Assembly: GCA_964016885.1 (NCBI GenBank)
Contig: OZ024742.1
Coordinates: 101,680,001-101,744,000 of the forward strand
Length of the DNA stretch: 64,000 nt
Reading direction: 5' to 3'
Source of the DNA: Eledone cirrhosa
Lineage: Eukaryota
The notes beneath the pieces were generated by a model. That model was not told the origin of the DNA. It made no database searches and saw only the letters and a program-made list of their open reading frames with translations. Position 1 is the first letter of the stretch; the number at the start of each line of letters is the position of its first letter. A program made the translations under genes and the position numbers. Shown piece by piece: positions 12,101 through 27,100 of this stretch.

Positions 12101-15100
12101 TATGTTGGAAAGTTTTAAGTAAGAACCCTTTAAAATTGATATTTTTCTTTTTGTTTCATTGAACCAGGGGTAGTTTTAGGTGGACTAGTGTCAAAAGGAT
12201 TATTAGAGAAACCACATAAGTTCAAATTTTCTTTTTCTAATTATTCTATATCGTTCTGGAAATTTCTAGGAAAAAACATTATTGGTCGACAAGAACATTC
12301 CTGTGAAATATATATACCTGTAAAGGTAAAGTAATTTTATTTGAAATATTATTATATCTTATTTCAGTGGTTTGATTCTTCTTTTTTCATTCTTGTGTTG
12401 ATTCTAGATTAGAAATGTTTCATTCATTGTATTAATACTGTAGCGTAAAAGTATGAACAGTATCATAAAATGTAGTTTGCTTGAAGCATTATATATAATA
12501 TGTAATGTAGAAAGTGATATAAGGCTAAACAATGCAAAATGGACTGAGATGAAGGTAATGAAATAGTAAGTTACCTGGTAATCATTTTTTGTTTTTGTTT
12601 CTGTTGTCCTGATATTTCAGGACTTAAAATTCCCTTCTTCAGAGTATAAGGAACTCTCAGAGAAAAATGTTCTGGTTTCTTCTCTTTGGGATTAAATTTA
12701 GATTTATTTTCACATGTAACTTAAACAATTCTGTGGTTGTGTCAAAGGCATGACAACCTCCCTAGTGTTGGTGACACTATAAAATGCACTCAGTTCACTC
12801 TGTATGTAAGGTAGTTGGTGATAGAAATGTCATCTAGCCATAGAAAACTTGCCCAACAAAAGTTCTGGAGGACTTTTGAGTTGTGTCAGGACAACAAATT
12901 CTCTAGTGTTGGTGATATGATAAAATGCTCCCAGTACACTCTGTAAAGTGGTTGGTAATAGCAAGAACATCTAGCCATATAAAACTTGACAAACAAAGGG
13001 TTGGGAGGGCTCTTCAGTTGTGTCAAGGGTACTCCACTACACCACTCCCTGCACGTACAGCTTAGATGTCAATGTTCCAATACCATACACGACAACACTT
13101 CTCACACTTACATTATTCCACCCATACACTGTCTGTGCCTTGCTGTCATACTCCACATTTACAACATTCATTCACTTCACTTCCTATTGCTACTAACATA
13201 CACAATCACACTTACCACAAACAGGAAAATATTGTCAGCTTTGTCTATATTTCAGCCATTAACTTTATTATAGTCACACTTGATACATACAGTCACACTT
13301 ACCACAGACAGTCATACTTACCACAAACAGTCACACTTACACACAGACAGTCACTCTTACCACAGACAGTCACACTTACCACAAACAGTCACACTTACCA
13401 CAAACAGTCACACTTACCACAGACAGTCACACTTACCACAGACAGTCACACTTACCAGACAGTCACACTTACCACAGACAGTCATACTTACCACAAACAG
13501 TCACACTTCCCAGACAGTCACACTTACCACAGACAGTCACACTTCCCAGACAGTCACACTTACCACAGACAGTCATACTTACCACAAACAGTCACCCTTA
13601 CCAGACAGTCACACTTACCACAGACAGTCATACTTACCACAGACAGTCACACTTACCACAGACAGTCACACTTACCACAAACAGTCACACTTACCACAGA
13701 CAGTCACTCTTACACACAGACAGTCACACTTACCACAAACAGTCACACTTACCACAGACAGTCACACTTACCACAGACAGTCACACTTACCACAAACAGT
13801 CACACTTACCACAGACAGTCACTCTTACCACAGACAGTCACACTTACCACAAACAGTCACACTTACCACAGACAGTCACACTTACCACAAACAGTCACAC
13901 TTACCACAGACAGTCACACTTACCACAGACAGTCACACTTACCACAGACAGTCACACTTACCACAGACAGTCACACTTACACACAGACAGTCACACTTAC
14001 CACAGACAGTCACACTTACCACAGACAGTCACACCTACCACAAACAGTCACACTTACCACAAACAGTCACACTTACCACAGACAGTCACTCTTACACACA
14101 GACAGTCACACTTACCACAAACAGTCACACTTACCACAAACAGTCACACTTACACACAGACAGTCACTCTTACCACAGACAGTCACACTTACCACAGACA
14201 GTCATACTTACCACAGACAGTCACACTTACCACAGACAGTCACACTTACCACAGACAGTCACACTTACCACAGACAGTTACTCTTACCACAAACAGTCAC
14301 ACTTACCACAAACAGTCACACTTACCACAAACAGTCACACTTACCACAAACAGTCACACTTACCACAAACAGTCACACTTACCACAAACAGTCACACTTA
14401 CCACAGACAGTCACTCTTACACACAAACAGTCACACTTACCACAAACAGTCACACTTACACACAGACAGTCACTCTTACCACAGACAGTCACACTTACCA
14501 CAGACAGTCATACTTACCACAGACAGTCACACTTACCACAGACAGTCACACTTACCACAGACAGTCACACTTACCACAGACAGTCACACTTACCACAGAC
14601 AGTTACTCTTACCACAAACAGTCACACTTACCACAAACAGTCACACTTACCACAAACAGTCACACTTACCACAAACAGTCACACTTACCACAAACAGTCA
14701 CACTTACCACAAACAGTCACACTTACCACAAACAGTCACACTTACCACAGACAGTCACACTTACCACAGACAGTCACACTTACCACAGACAGTCACACTT
14801 ACCACAGACAGTCACACTTACCACAGACAGTCACACTTACCACAAACAGTCACACTTACCACAGACAGTCACACTTACCACAAACAGTCACACTTACCAC
14901 AGACAGTCATACTTACCACAGACAGTCACACTTACCACAAACAGTCACACTTACCACAGACAGTCACACTTACCACAGACAGTCACACTTACCACAAACA
15001 GTCACACTTACCACAGACAGTCACACTTACCACAGACAGTCACACTTACCACAGACAGTCACACTTACCACAGACAGTCACACTTACCACAAACAGTCAC

Positions 15101-18100
15101 ACTTACCACAGACAGTCACACTTACCACAAACAGTCACACTTACCACAGACAGTCACACTTACCACAGACAGTCACACTTATCACAGACAGTCACACTTA
15201 CCACAGACAGTCACACTTACCACAGACAGTCACACTTACCACAGACAGTCACACCTACCACAAACAGTCACACTTACCACAAACAGTCACACTTACCACA
15301 GACAGTCACTCTTACACACAGACAGTCACACTTACCACAAACAGTCACACTTACCACAAACAGTCACACTTACACACAGACAGTCACTCTTACCACAGAC
15401 AGTCACACTTACCACAGACAGTCATACTTACCACAGACAGTCACACTTACCACAGACAGTCACACTTACCACAGACAGTCACACTTACCACAGACAGTCA
15501 CACTTACCACAGACAGTTACTCTTACCACAAACAGTCACACTTACCACAAACAGTCACACTTACCACAAACAGTCACACTTACCACAAACAGTCACACTT
15601 ACCACAAACAGTCACACTTACCACAAACAGTCACACTTACCACAAACAGTCACACTTACCACAAACAGTCACACTTACCACAGACAGTCACTCTTACACA
15701 CAAACAGTCACACTTACCACAAACAGTCACACTTACACACAGACAGTCACTCTTACCACAGACAGTCACACTTACCACAGACAGTCATACTTACCACAGA
15801 CAGTCACACTTACCACAGACAGTCACACTTACCACAGACAGTCACACTTACCACAGACAGTCACACTTACCACAGACAGTTACTCTTACCACAAACAGTC
15901 ACACTTACCACAAACAGTCACACTTACCACAAACAGTCACACTTACCACAAACAGTCACACTTACCACAAACAGTCACACTTACCACAAACAGTCACACT
16001 TACCACAAACAGTCACACTTACCACAGACAGTCACACTTACCACAGACAGTCACACTTACCACAGACAGTCACACTTACCACAGACAGTCACACTTACCA
16101 CAGACAGTCACACTTACCACAAACAGTCACACTTACCACAGACAGTCACACTTACCACAAACAGTCACACTTACCACAGACAGTCATACTTACCACAGAC
16201 AGTCACACTTACCACAAACAGTCACACTTACCACAGACAGTCACACTTACCACAGACAGTCACACTTACCACAAACAGTCACACTTACCACAGACAGTCA
16301 CACTTACCACAGACAGTCACACTTACCACAGACAGTCACACTTACCACAGACAGTCACACTTACCACAAACAGTCACACTTACCACAGACAGTCACACTT
16401 ACCACAAACAGTCACACTTACCACAGACAGTCACACTTACCACAGACAGTCACACTTATCACAGACAGTCACACTTACCACAGACAGTCACACTTACCAC
16501 AGACAGTCACACTTACCACAAACAGTCACACTTACCACAGACAGTCACACTTACCACAAACAGTCACACTTACCACAGACAGTCACACTTACCACAAACA
16601 GTCACACTTACACACAGACAGTCACTCTTACCACAAACAGTCACACTTACCACAGACAGTCACACTTACCACAGACAGTCACTCTTACACACAGACAGTC
16701 ACACTTACCACAAACAGTCACACTTACCACAGACAGTCACACTTACCACAGACAGTCACACTTACCACAAACAGTCACACTTACCACAGACAGTCACTCT
16801 TACACACAGACAGTCACACTTACCACAAACAGTCACACTTACCACAGACAGTCACACTTACCACAAACAGTCACACTTACCACAGACAGTCACACTTACC
16901 ACAGACAGTCACACTTACCACAAACAGTCACACTTACACACAGACAGTCACTCTTACCACAAACAGTCACACTTACCACAGACAGTCACACTTACCACAA
17001 ACAGTCACACTTACCACAGACAGTCACACTTACCACAGACAGTCACACTTACCACAGACAGTCACACTTACCACAGACAGTCACACTTACACACAGACAG
17101 TCACACTTACCACAGACAGTCACACTTACCACAGACAGTCACACCTACCACAAACAGTCACACTTACCACAAACAGTCACACTTACCACAGACAGTCACT
17201 CTTACACACAGACAGTCACACTTACCACAAACAGTCACACTTACCACAAACAGTCACACTTACACACAGACAGTCACTCTTACCACAGACAGTCACACTT
17301 ACCACAGACAGTCATACTTACCACAGACAGTCACACTTACCACAGACAGTCACACTTACCACAGACAGTCACACTTACCACAGACAGTCACACTTACCAC
17401 AGACAGTTACTCTTACCACAAACAGTCACACTTACCACAAACAGTCACACTTACCACAAACAGTCACACTTACCACAAACAGTCACACTTACCACAAACA
17501 GTCACACTTACCACAAACAGTCACACTTACCACAAACAGTCACACTTACCACAGACAGTCACTCTTACACACAAACAGTCACACTTACCACAAACAGTCA
17601 CACTTACACACAGACAGTCACTCTTACCACAGACAGTCACACTTACCACAGACAGTCATACTTACCACAGACAGTCACACTTACCACAGACAGTCACACT
17701 TACCACAGACAGTCACACTTACCACAGACAGTCACACTTACCACAGACAGTTACTCTTACCACAAACAGTCACACTTACCACAAACAGTCACACTTAGCA
17801 CAAACAGTCACACTTACCACAAACAGTCACACTTACCACAAACAGTCACACTTACCACAAACAGTCACACTTACCACAAACAGTCACACTTACCACAGAC
17901 AGTCACACTTACCACAGACAGTCACACTTACCACAGACAGTCACACTTACCACAGACAGTCACACTTACCACAAACAGTCACACTTACCACAGACAGTCA
18001 CACTTACCACAAACAGTCACACTTACCACAGACAGTCATACTTACCACAGACAGTCACACTTACCACAAACAGTCACACTTACCACAGACAGTCACACTT

Positions 18101-21100
18101 ACCACAGACAGTCACACTTACCACAAACAGTCACACTTACCACAGACAGTCACACTTACCACAGACAGTCACACTTACCACAGACAGTCACACTTACCAC
18201 AAACAGTCACACTTACCACAGACAGTCACACTTACCACAAACAGTCACACTTACCACAGACAGTCACACTTACCACAGACAGTCACACTTATCACAGACA
18301 GTCACACTTACCACAGACAGTCACACTTACCACAAACAGTCACACTTACCACAGACAGTCACACTTACCACAGATATTTACACTTGCCACAGACAGTCAC
18401 ACTTACCACAAACAGTCACACTTACCACAGACAGTCATACTTACCACAAACAGTCACACTTACCACAGACAGTCACACTTACCATAAACAGTCACACTTA
18501 CCACAGACAGTCACACTTACCACAAACAGTCACACTTACCACAGACAGTCACACTTACCACAGACAGTCACACTTACCACAAACAGTCACACTTACCACA
18601 GACAGTCACACTTACCACAGACAGTCACACTTACCACAAACAGTCACACTTACCACAAACAGTCACACTTACCACAGACAGTCACACTTACCACAAACAG
18701 TCACACTTACCACAGACAGTCACACTTACCACAAACAGTCACACTTACCACAGACAGTCACACTTACCACAGACAGTCACACTTACCACAGACAGTCACA
18801 CTTACCACAGACAGTCACACTTACCACAGACAGTCACACTTACCACAAACAGTCACACTTACCACAAACAGTCACACTTACCACAGACAGTCACACTTAC
18901 CACAGACAGTCACACTTACCAGACAGTCACACTTACCACAGACAGTCATACTTACCACAAACAGTCACACTTCCCAGACAGTCACACTTACCACATACAG
19001 TCACACTTCCCAGACAGTCACACTTACCACAGACAGTCATACTTACCACAAACAGTCACACTTACCAGACAGTCACACTTACCACAGACAGTCATACTTA
19101 CCACAGACAGTCACACTTACCACAGACAGTCACACTTACCACAAACAGTCACACTTACCACAGACAGTCACTCTTACACACAGACAGTCACACTTACCAC
19201 AAACAGTCACACTTACCACAGACAGTCACACTTACCACAGACAGTCACACTTACCACAAACAGTCACACTTACCACAGACAGTCACTCTTACACACAGAC
19301 AGTCACACTTACCACAAACAGTCACACTTACCACAAACAGTCACACTTACCACAAACAGTCACACTTACCACAGACAGTCACACTTACCACAGACAGTCA
19401 CACTTACCACAAACAGTCACACTTACACACAGACAGTCACTCTTACCACAAACAGTCACACTTACCACAGACAGTCACACTTACCACAAACAGTCACACT
19501 TACCACAGACAGTCACACTTACCACAGACAGTCACACTTACCACAGACAGTCACACTTACCACAGACAGTCACACTTACACACAGACAGTCACACTTACC
19601 ACAGACAGTCACACTTACCACAGACAGTCACACTTACCACAAACAGTCACACTTACCACAGACAGTCACTCTTACACACAGACAGTCACACTTACCACAA
19701 ACAGTCACACTTACACACAGACAGTCACTCTTACTACAGACAGTCACACTTACCACAGACAGTCATACTTACCACAGACAGTCACACTTACCACAGACAG
19801 TCACACTTACCACAGACAGTCACACTTACCACAGACAGTTACTCTTACCACAAACAGTCACACTTACCACAAACAGTCACACTTACCACAAACAGTCACA
19901 CTTACCACAAACAGTCACACTTACCACAAACAGTCACACTTACCACAAACAGTCACACTTACCACAGACAGTCACTCTTACACACAGACAGTCACACTTA
20001 CCACAAACAGTCACACTTACCACAAACAGTCACACTTACACACAGACAGTCACTCTTACCACAGACAGTCACACTTACCACAGACAGTCACACTTACCAC
20101 AGACAGTCATACTTACCACAGACAGTCACACTTACCACAGACAGTCACACTTACCACAGACAGTCACACTTACCACAGACAGTCACACTTACCACAGACA
20201 GTTACTCTTACCACAAACAGTCACACTTACCACAAACAGTCACACTTACCACAAACAGTCACACTTACCACAAACAGTCACACTTACCACAAACAGTCAC
20301 ACTTACCACAAACAGTCACACTTACCACAAACAGTCACACTTACCACAGACAGTCACACTTACCACAGACAGTCACACTTACCACAGACAGTCACACTTA
20401 CCACAGACAGTCACACTTACCACAGACAGTCACACTTACCACAAACAGTCACACTTACCACAGACAGTCACACTTACCACAAACAGTCACACTTACCACA
20501 GACAGTCATACTTACCACAGACAGTCACACTTACCACAAACAGTCACACTTACCACAGACAGTCACACTTACCACAAACAGTCACACTTACCACAGACAG
20601 TCACACTTACCACAGACAGTCACACTTACCACAGACAGTCACACTTACCACAGACAGTCACACTTACCACAAACAGTCACACTTACCACAGACAGTCACA
20701 CTTACCACAGACAGTCACACTTACCACAAACAGTCACACTTACCACAGACAGTCACACTTACCACAGACAGTCACACTTATCACAGACAGTCACACTTAC
20801 CACAGACAGTCACACTTACCACAGACAGTCACACTTACCACAAACAGTCACACTTACCACAGACAGTCACACTTACCACAGATATTTACACTTGCCACAG
20901 ACAGTCACACTTACCACAAACAGTCACACTTACCACAGACAGTCACACTTACCATAAACAGTCACACTTACCACAGACAGTCACACTTACCACAAACAGT
21001 CACACTTACCACAGACAGTCACACTTACCACAGACAGTCACACTTACCACAAACAGTCACACTTACCACAGACAGTCACACTTACCACAGACAGTCACAC

Positions 21101-24100
21101 TTACCACAAACAGTCACACTTACCACAAACAGTCACACTTACCACAGACAGTCACACTTACCACAGACAGTCACACTTACCACAAACAGTCACACTTACC
21201 ACAGACAGTCACACTTACCACAGACAGTCACACTTACCACAGACAGTCACACTTACCACAAACAGTCACACTTACCACAGACAGTCACACTTACCACAAA
21301 CAGTCACACTTACCACAGACAGTCACACTTACCACAGACAGTCACACTTATCACAGACAGTCACACTTACCACAGACAGTCACACTTACCACAGACAGTC
21401 ACACTTACCACAAACAGTCACACTTACCACAGACAGTCACACTTACCACAGATATTTACACTTGCCACAGACAGTCACACTTACCACAAACAGTCACACT
21501 TACCACAGACAGTCATACTTACCACAAACAGTCACACTTACCACAGACAGTCACACTTACCATAAACAGTCACACTTACCACAGACAGTCACACTTACCA
21601 CAAACAGTCACACTTACCACAGACAGTCACACTTACCACAGACAGTCACACTTACCACAAACAGTCACACTTACCACAGACAGTCACACTTACCACAGAC
21701 AGTCACACTTACCACAAACAGTCACACTTACCACAAACAGTCACACTTACCACAGACAGTCACACTTACCACAAACAGTCACACTTACCACAGACAGTCA
21801 CACTTACCACAAACAGTCACACTTACCACAGACAGTCACACTTACCACAGACAGTCACACTTACCACAGACAGTCACACTTACCACAGACAGTCACACTT
21901 ACCACAGACAGTCACACTTACCACAAACAGTCACACTTACCACAGACAGTCACACTTACCACAGACAGTCACACTTACCAGACAGTCACACTTACCACAG
22001 ACAGTCATACTTACCACAAACAGTCACACTTCCCAGACAGTCACACTTACCACATACAGTCACACTTCCCAGACAGTCACACTTACCACAGACAGTCATA
22101 CTTACCACAAACAGTCACACTTACCAGACAGTCACACTTACCACAGACAGTCATACTTACCACAGACAGTCACACTTACCACAGACAGTCACACTTACCA
22201 CAAACAGTCACACTTACCACAGACAGTCACTCTTACACACAGACAGTCACACTTACCACAAACAGTCACACTTACCACAGACAGTCACACTTACCACAGA
22301 CAGTCACACTTACCACAAACAGTCACACTTACCACAGACAGTCACTCTTACACACAGACAGTCACACTTACCACAAACAGTCACACTTACCACAAACAGT
22401 CACACTTACCACAAACAGTCACACTTACCACAGACAGTCACACTTACCACAGACAGTCACACTTACCACAAACAGTCACACTTACACACAGACAGTCACT
22501 CTTACCACAAACAGTCACACTTACCACAGACAGTCACACTTACCACAAACAGTCACACTTACCACAGACAGTCACACTTACCACAGACAGTCACACTTAC
22601 CACAGACAGTCACACTTACCACAGACAGTCACACTTACACACAGACAGTCACACTTACCACAGACAGTCACACTTACCACAGACAGTCACACTTACCACA
22701 AACAGTCACACTTACCACAGACAGTCACTCTTACACACAGACAGTCACACTTACCACAAACAGTCACACTTACACACAGACAGTCACTCTTACTACAGAC
22801 AGTCACACTTACCACAGACAGTCATACTTACCACAGACAGTCACACTTACCACAGACAGTCACACTTACCACAGACAGTCACACTTACCACAGACAGTTA
22901 CTCTTACCACAAACAGTCACACTTACCACAAACAGTCACACTTACCACAAACAGTCACACTTACCACAAACAGTCACACTTACCACAAACAGTCACACTT
23001 ACCACAAACAGTCACACTTACCACAGACAGTCACTCTTACACACAGACAGTCACACTTACCACAAACAGTCACACTTACCACAAACAGTCACACTTACAC
23101 ACAGACAGTCACTCTTACCACAGACAGTCACACTTACCACAGACAGTCACACTTACCACAGACAGTCATACTTACCACAGACAGTCACACTTACCACAGA
23201 CAGTCACACTTACCACAGACAGTCACACTTACCACAGACAGTCACACTTACCACAGACAGTTACTCTTACCACAAACAGTCACACTTACCACAAACAGTC
23301 ACACTTACCACAAACAGTCACACTTACCACAAACAGTCACACTTACCACAAACAGTCACACTTACCACAAACAGTCACACTTACCACAAACAGTCACACT
23401 TACCACAGACAGTCACACTTACCACAGACAGTCACACTTACCACAGACAGTCACACTTACCACAGACAGTCACACTTACCACAGACAGTCACACTTACCA
23501 CAAACAGTCACACTTACCACAGACAGTCACACTTACCACAAACAGTCACACTTACCACAGACAGTCATACTTACCACAGACAGTCACACTTACCACAAAC
23601 AGTCACACTTACCACAGACAGTCACACTTACCACAAACAGTCACACTTACCACAGACAGTCACACTTACCACAGACAGTCACACTTACCACAGACAGTCA
23701 CACTTACCACAGACAGTCACACTTACCACAAACAGTCACACTTACCACAGACAGTCACACTTACCACAGACAGTCACACTTACCACAAACAGTCACACTT
23801 ACCACAGACAGTCACACTTACCACAGACAGTCACACTTATCACAGACAGTCACACTTACCACAGACAGTCACACTTACCACAGACAGTCACACTTACCAC
23901 AAACAGTCACACTTACCACAGACAGTCACACTTACCACAGATATTTACACTTGCCACAGACAGTCACACTTACCACAAACAGTCACACTTACCACAGACA
24001 GTCACACTTACCATAAACAGTCACACTTACCACAGACAGTCACACTTACCACAAACAGTCACACTTACCACAGACAGTCACACTTACCACAGACAGTCAC

Positions 24101-27100
24101 ACTTACCACAAACAGTCACACTTACCACAGACAGTCACACTTACCACAGACAGTCACACTTACCACAAACAGTCACACTTACCACAAACAGTCACACTTA
24201 CCACAGACAGTCACACTTACCACAAACAGTCACACTTACCACAGACAGTCACACTTACCACAAACAGTCACACTTACCACAGACAGTCACACTTACCACA
24301 GACAGTCACACTTACCACAAACAGTCACACTTACCACAGACAGTCACTCTTACACACAGACAGTCACACTTACCACAAACAGTCACACTTACCACAAACA
24401 GTCACACTTACACACAGACAGTCACTCTTACCACAGACAGTCACACTTACCACAGACAGTCATACTTACCACAGACAGTCACACTTACCACAGACAGTCA
24501 CACTTACCACAGACAGTCACACTTACCACAGACAGTCACACTTACCACAGACAGTTACTCTTACCACAAACAGTCACACTTACCACAAACAGTCACACTT
24601 ACCACAAACAGTCACACTTACCACAAACAGTCACACTTACCACAAACAGTCACACTTACCACAGACAGTCACACTTACCACAGACAGTCACACTTACCAC
24701 AGACAGTCACACTTACCACAGGCAGTCACACTTACCACAGACAGTCACACTTACCACAAACAGTCACACTTACCACAGACAGTCACACTTACCACAAACA
24801 GTCACACTTACCACAGACAGTCACACTTACCACAAACAGTCACACTTACCACAGACAGTCACACTTACCACAAACAGTCACACTTACCACAGACAGTCAC
24901 ACTTACCACAGACAGTCACACTTACCACAGACAGTCACACTTACCACAGACAGTCACACTTACCACAAACAGTCACACTTACCACAGACAGTCACACTTA
25001 CCACAGACAGTCACACTTACCACAGACAGTCACACTTACCACAAACAGTCACACTTACCACAGACAGTCACACTTACCACAGACAGTCACACTTATCACA
25101 GACAGTCACACTTACCACAGACAGTCACACTTACCACAGACAGTCACACTTACCACAAACAGTCACACTTACCACAGACAGTCACACTTACCACAGATAT
25201 TTACACTTGCCACAGACAGTCACACTTACCACAAACAGTCACACTTACCACAGACAGTCATACTTACCACAAACAGTCACACTTACCACAAACAGTCACA
25301 CTTACCACAGACAGTCATACTTACCACAAACAGTCACACTTACCACAGACAGTCACACTTACCATAAACAGTCACACTTACCACAGACAGTCACACTTAC
25401 CACAGACAGTCACACTTACCACAGACAGTCACACTTACCACAAACAGTCACACTTACCACAGACAGTCACACTTACCACAGACAGTCACACTTACCACAA
25501 ACAGTCACACTTACCACAAACAGTCACACTTACCACAGACAGTCACACTTACCACAGACAGTCACACTTACCACAGACAGTCACACTTACCACAGACAGT
25601 CACACTTACCACAAACAGTCACACTTACCACAGACAGTCACACTTACCACAGACAGTCACACTTACCACAGACACTCACACTTACCACAAACAGTCACAC
25701 TTACCACAGACAGTCACACTTACCACAGACAGTCACACTTATCACAGACAGTCACACTTACCACAGACAGTCACACTTACCACAGACAGTCACACTTACC
25801 ACAGACAGTCACACTTACCACAGATATTTACACTTGCCACAGACAGTCACACTTACCACAAACAGTCACACTTACCACAGACAGTCATACTTACCACAAA
25901 CAGTCACACTTACCACAGACAGTCACACTTACCATAAACAGTCACACTTACCACAGACAGTCACACTTACCACAAACAGTCACACTTACCACAGACAGTC
26001 ACACTTACCACAGACAGTCACACTTACCACAGACAGTCACACTTACCACAGACAGTCACACTTACCACAAACAGTCACACTTACCACAAACAGTCACACT
26101 TACCACAGACAGTCACACTTACCACAAACAGTCACACTTACCACAGACAGTCACACTTACCACAAACAGTCACACTTACCACAGACAGTCACACTTACCA
26201 CAGACAGTCACACTTACCACAGACAGTCACACTTACCACAGACAGTCACACTTACCACAGACAGTCACACTTACCACAGACAGTCACACTTACCACAAAC
26301 AGTCACACTTACCACAGACAGTCACACTTACCACAGACAGTCACACTTACCACAGACAGTCACACTTACCACAGACAGTCACACTTACCACAGACAGTCA
26401 CACTTACCACAGACAGTCACTTATCACAGACAGTCATACTTACCACAGATATTTACACTTGCCACAGACAGTCACACTTACCACAGACAGTCACACTTAC
26501 CACAGACAGTCATACTTACCACAGACAGTCATACTTACCACAAACAGTCACACTTACACACAGACAGTCATACTTACCACAGACAGTCACACTTACCACA
26601 GACAGTCACACTTACCACAGACAGTCACACTTGCCATAGACAGTCACACTTACCACAGACAGTCACTTACCACAGACAGTCACACTTACCACAGACAGTC
26701 ATACTTACCACAAACAGTCACAATGTGAGCATCTGTGTCTCTATTTCTTCTTTAATCTTCTTATAGTCACTGTCCAAGAAACATGCCTGTATAGAAGTCA
26801 GAGGTCATTCTCACTTACTCTATGATATGAGCAGCCTCAATAAGTCTCGCAGAGGAACGGTAAGTTTCTTTATATATTTGTGGATTTAGTGTATATACTC
26901 AAATATAAGCTAAGGAATATGTGACTAAAAAATTGATGGTAAAATGGGAGTTTGGCTGAAACAATGTGTTGATTAGCTGCCTCAGTTTATGAACAAGGTT
27001 TGGATTTTCACCTATTTCTCAGACATAAAATCAATGGTGGGGGTCATCTTATATTCAGATTGGCTTATATTTAAGTATGCATGTATGTGTATTTATCATT

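Noticed and set aside
13270-26722. Telomeric or interstitial telomere repeat
   Set aside because: The unit is 19 bp and lacks TTAGGG/CCCTAA, and it is flanked by coding exons of one gene.
13066-26766. 4566-aa, 1735-aa, 1301-aa and 857-aa His/Thr-rich ORFs
   Set aside because: The 19-bp unit has no stop triplet on the + strand, so all three frames are open and give the same cyclic peptide. 2-nt deletions are tolerated, and the array lies inside the intron between FHA exons 3 and 4.
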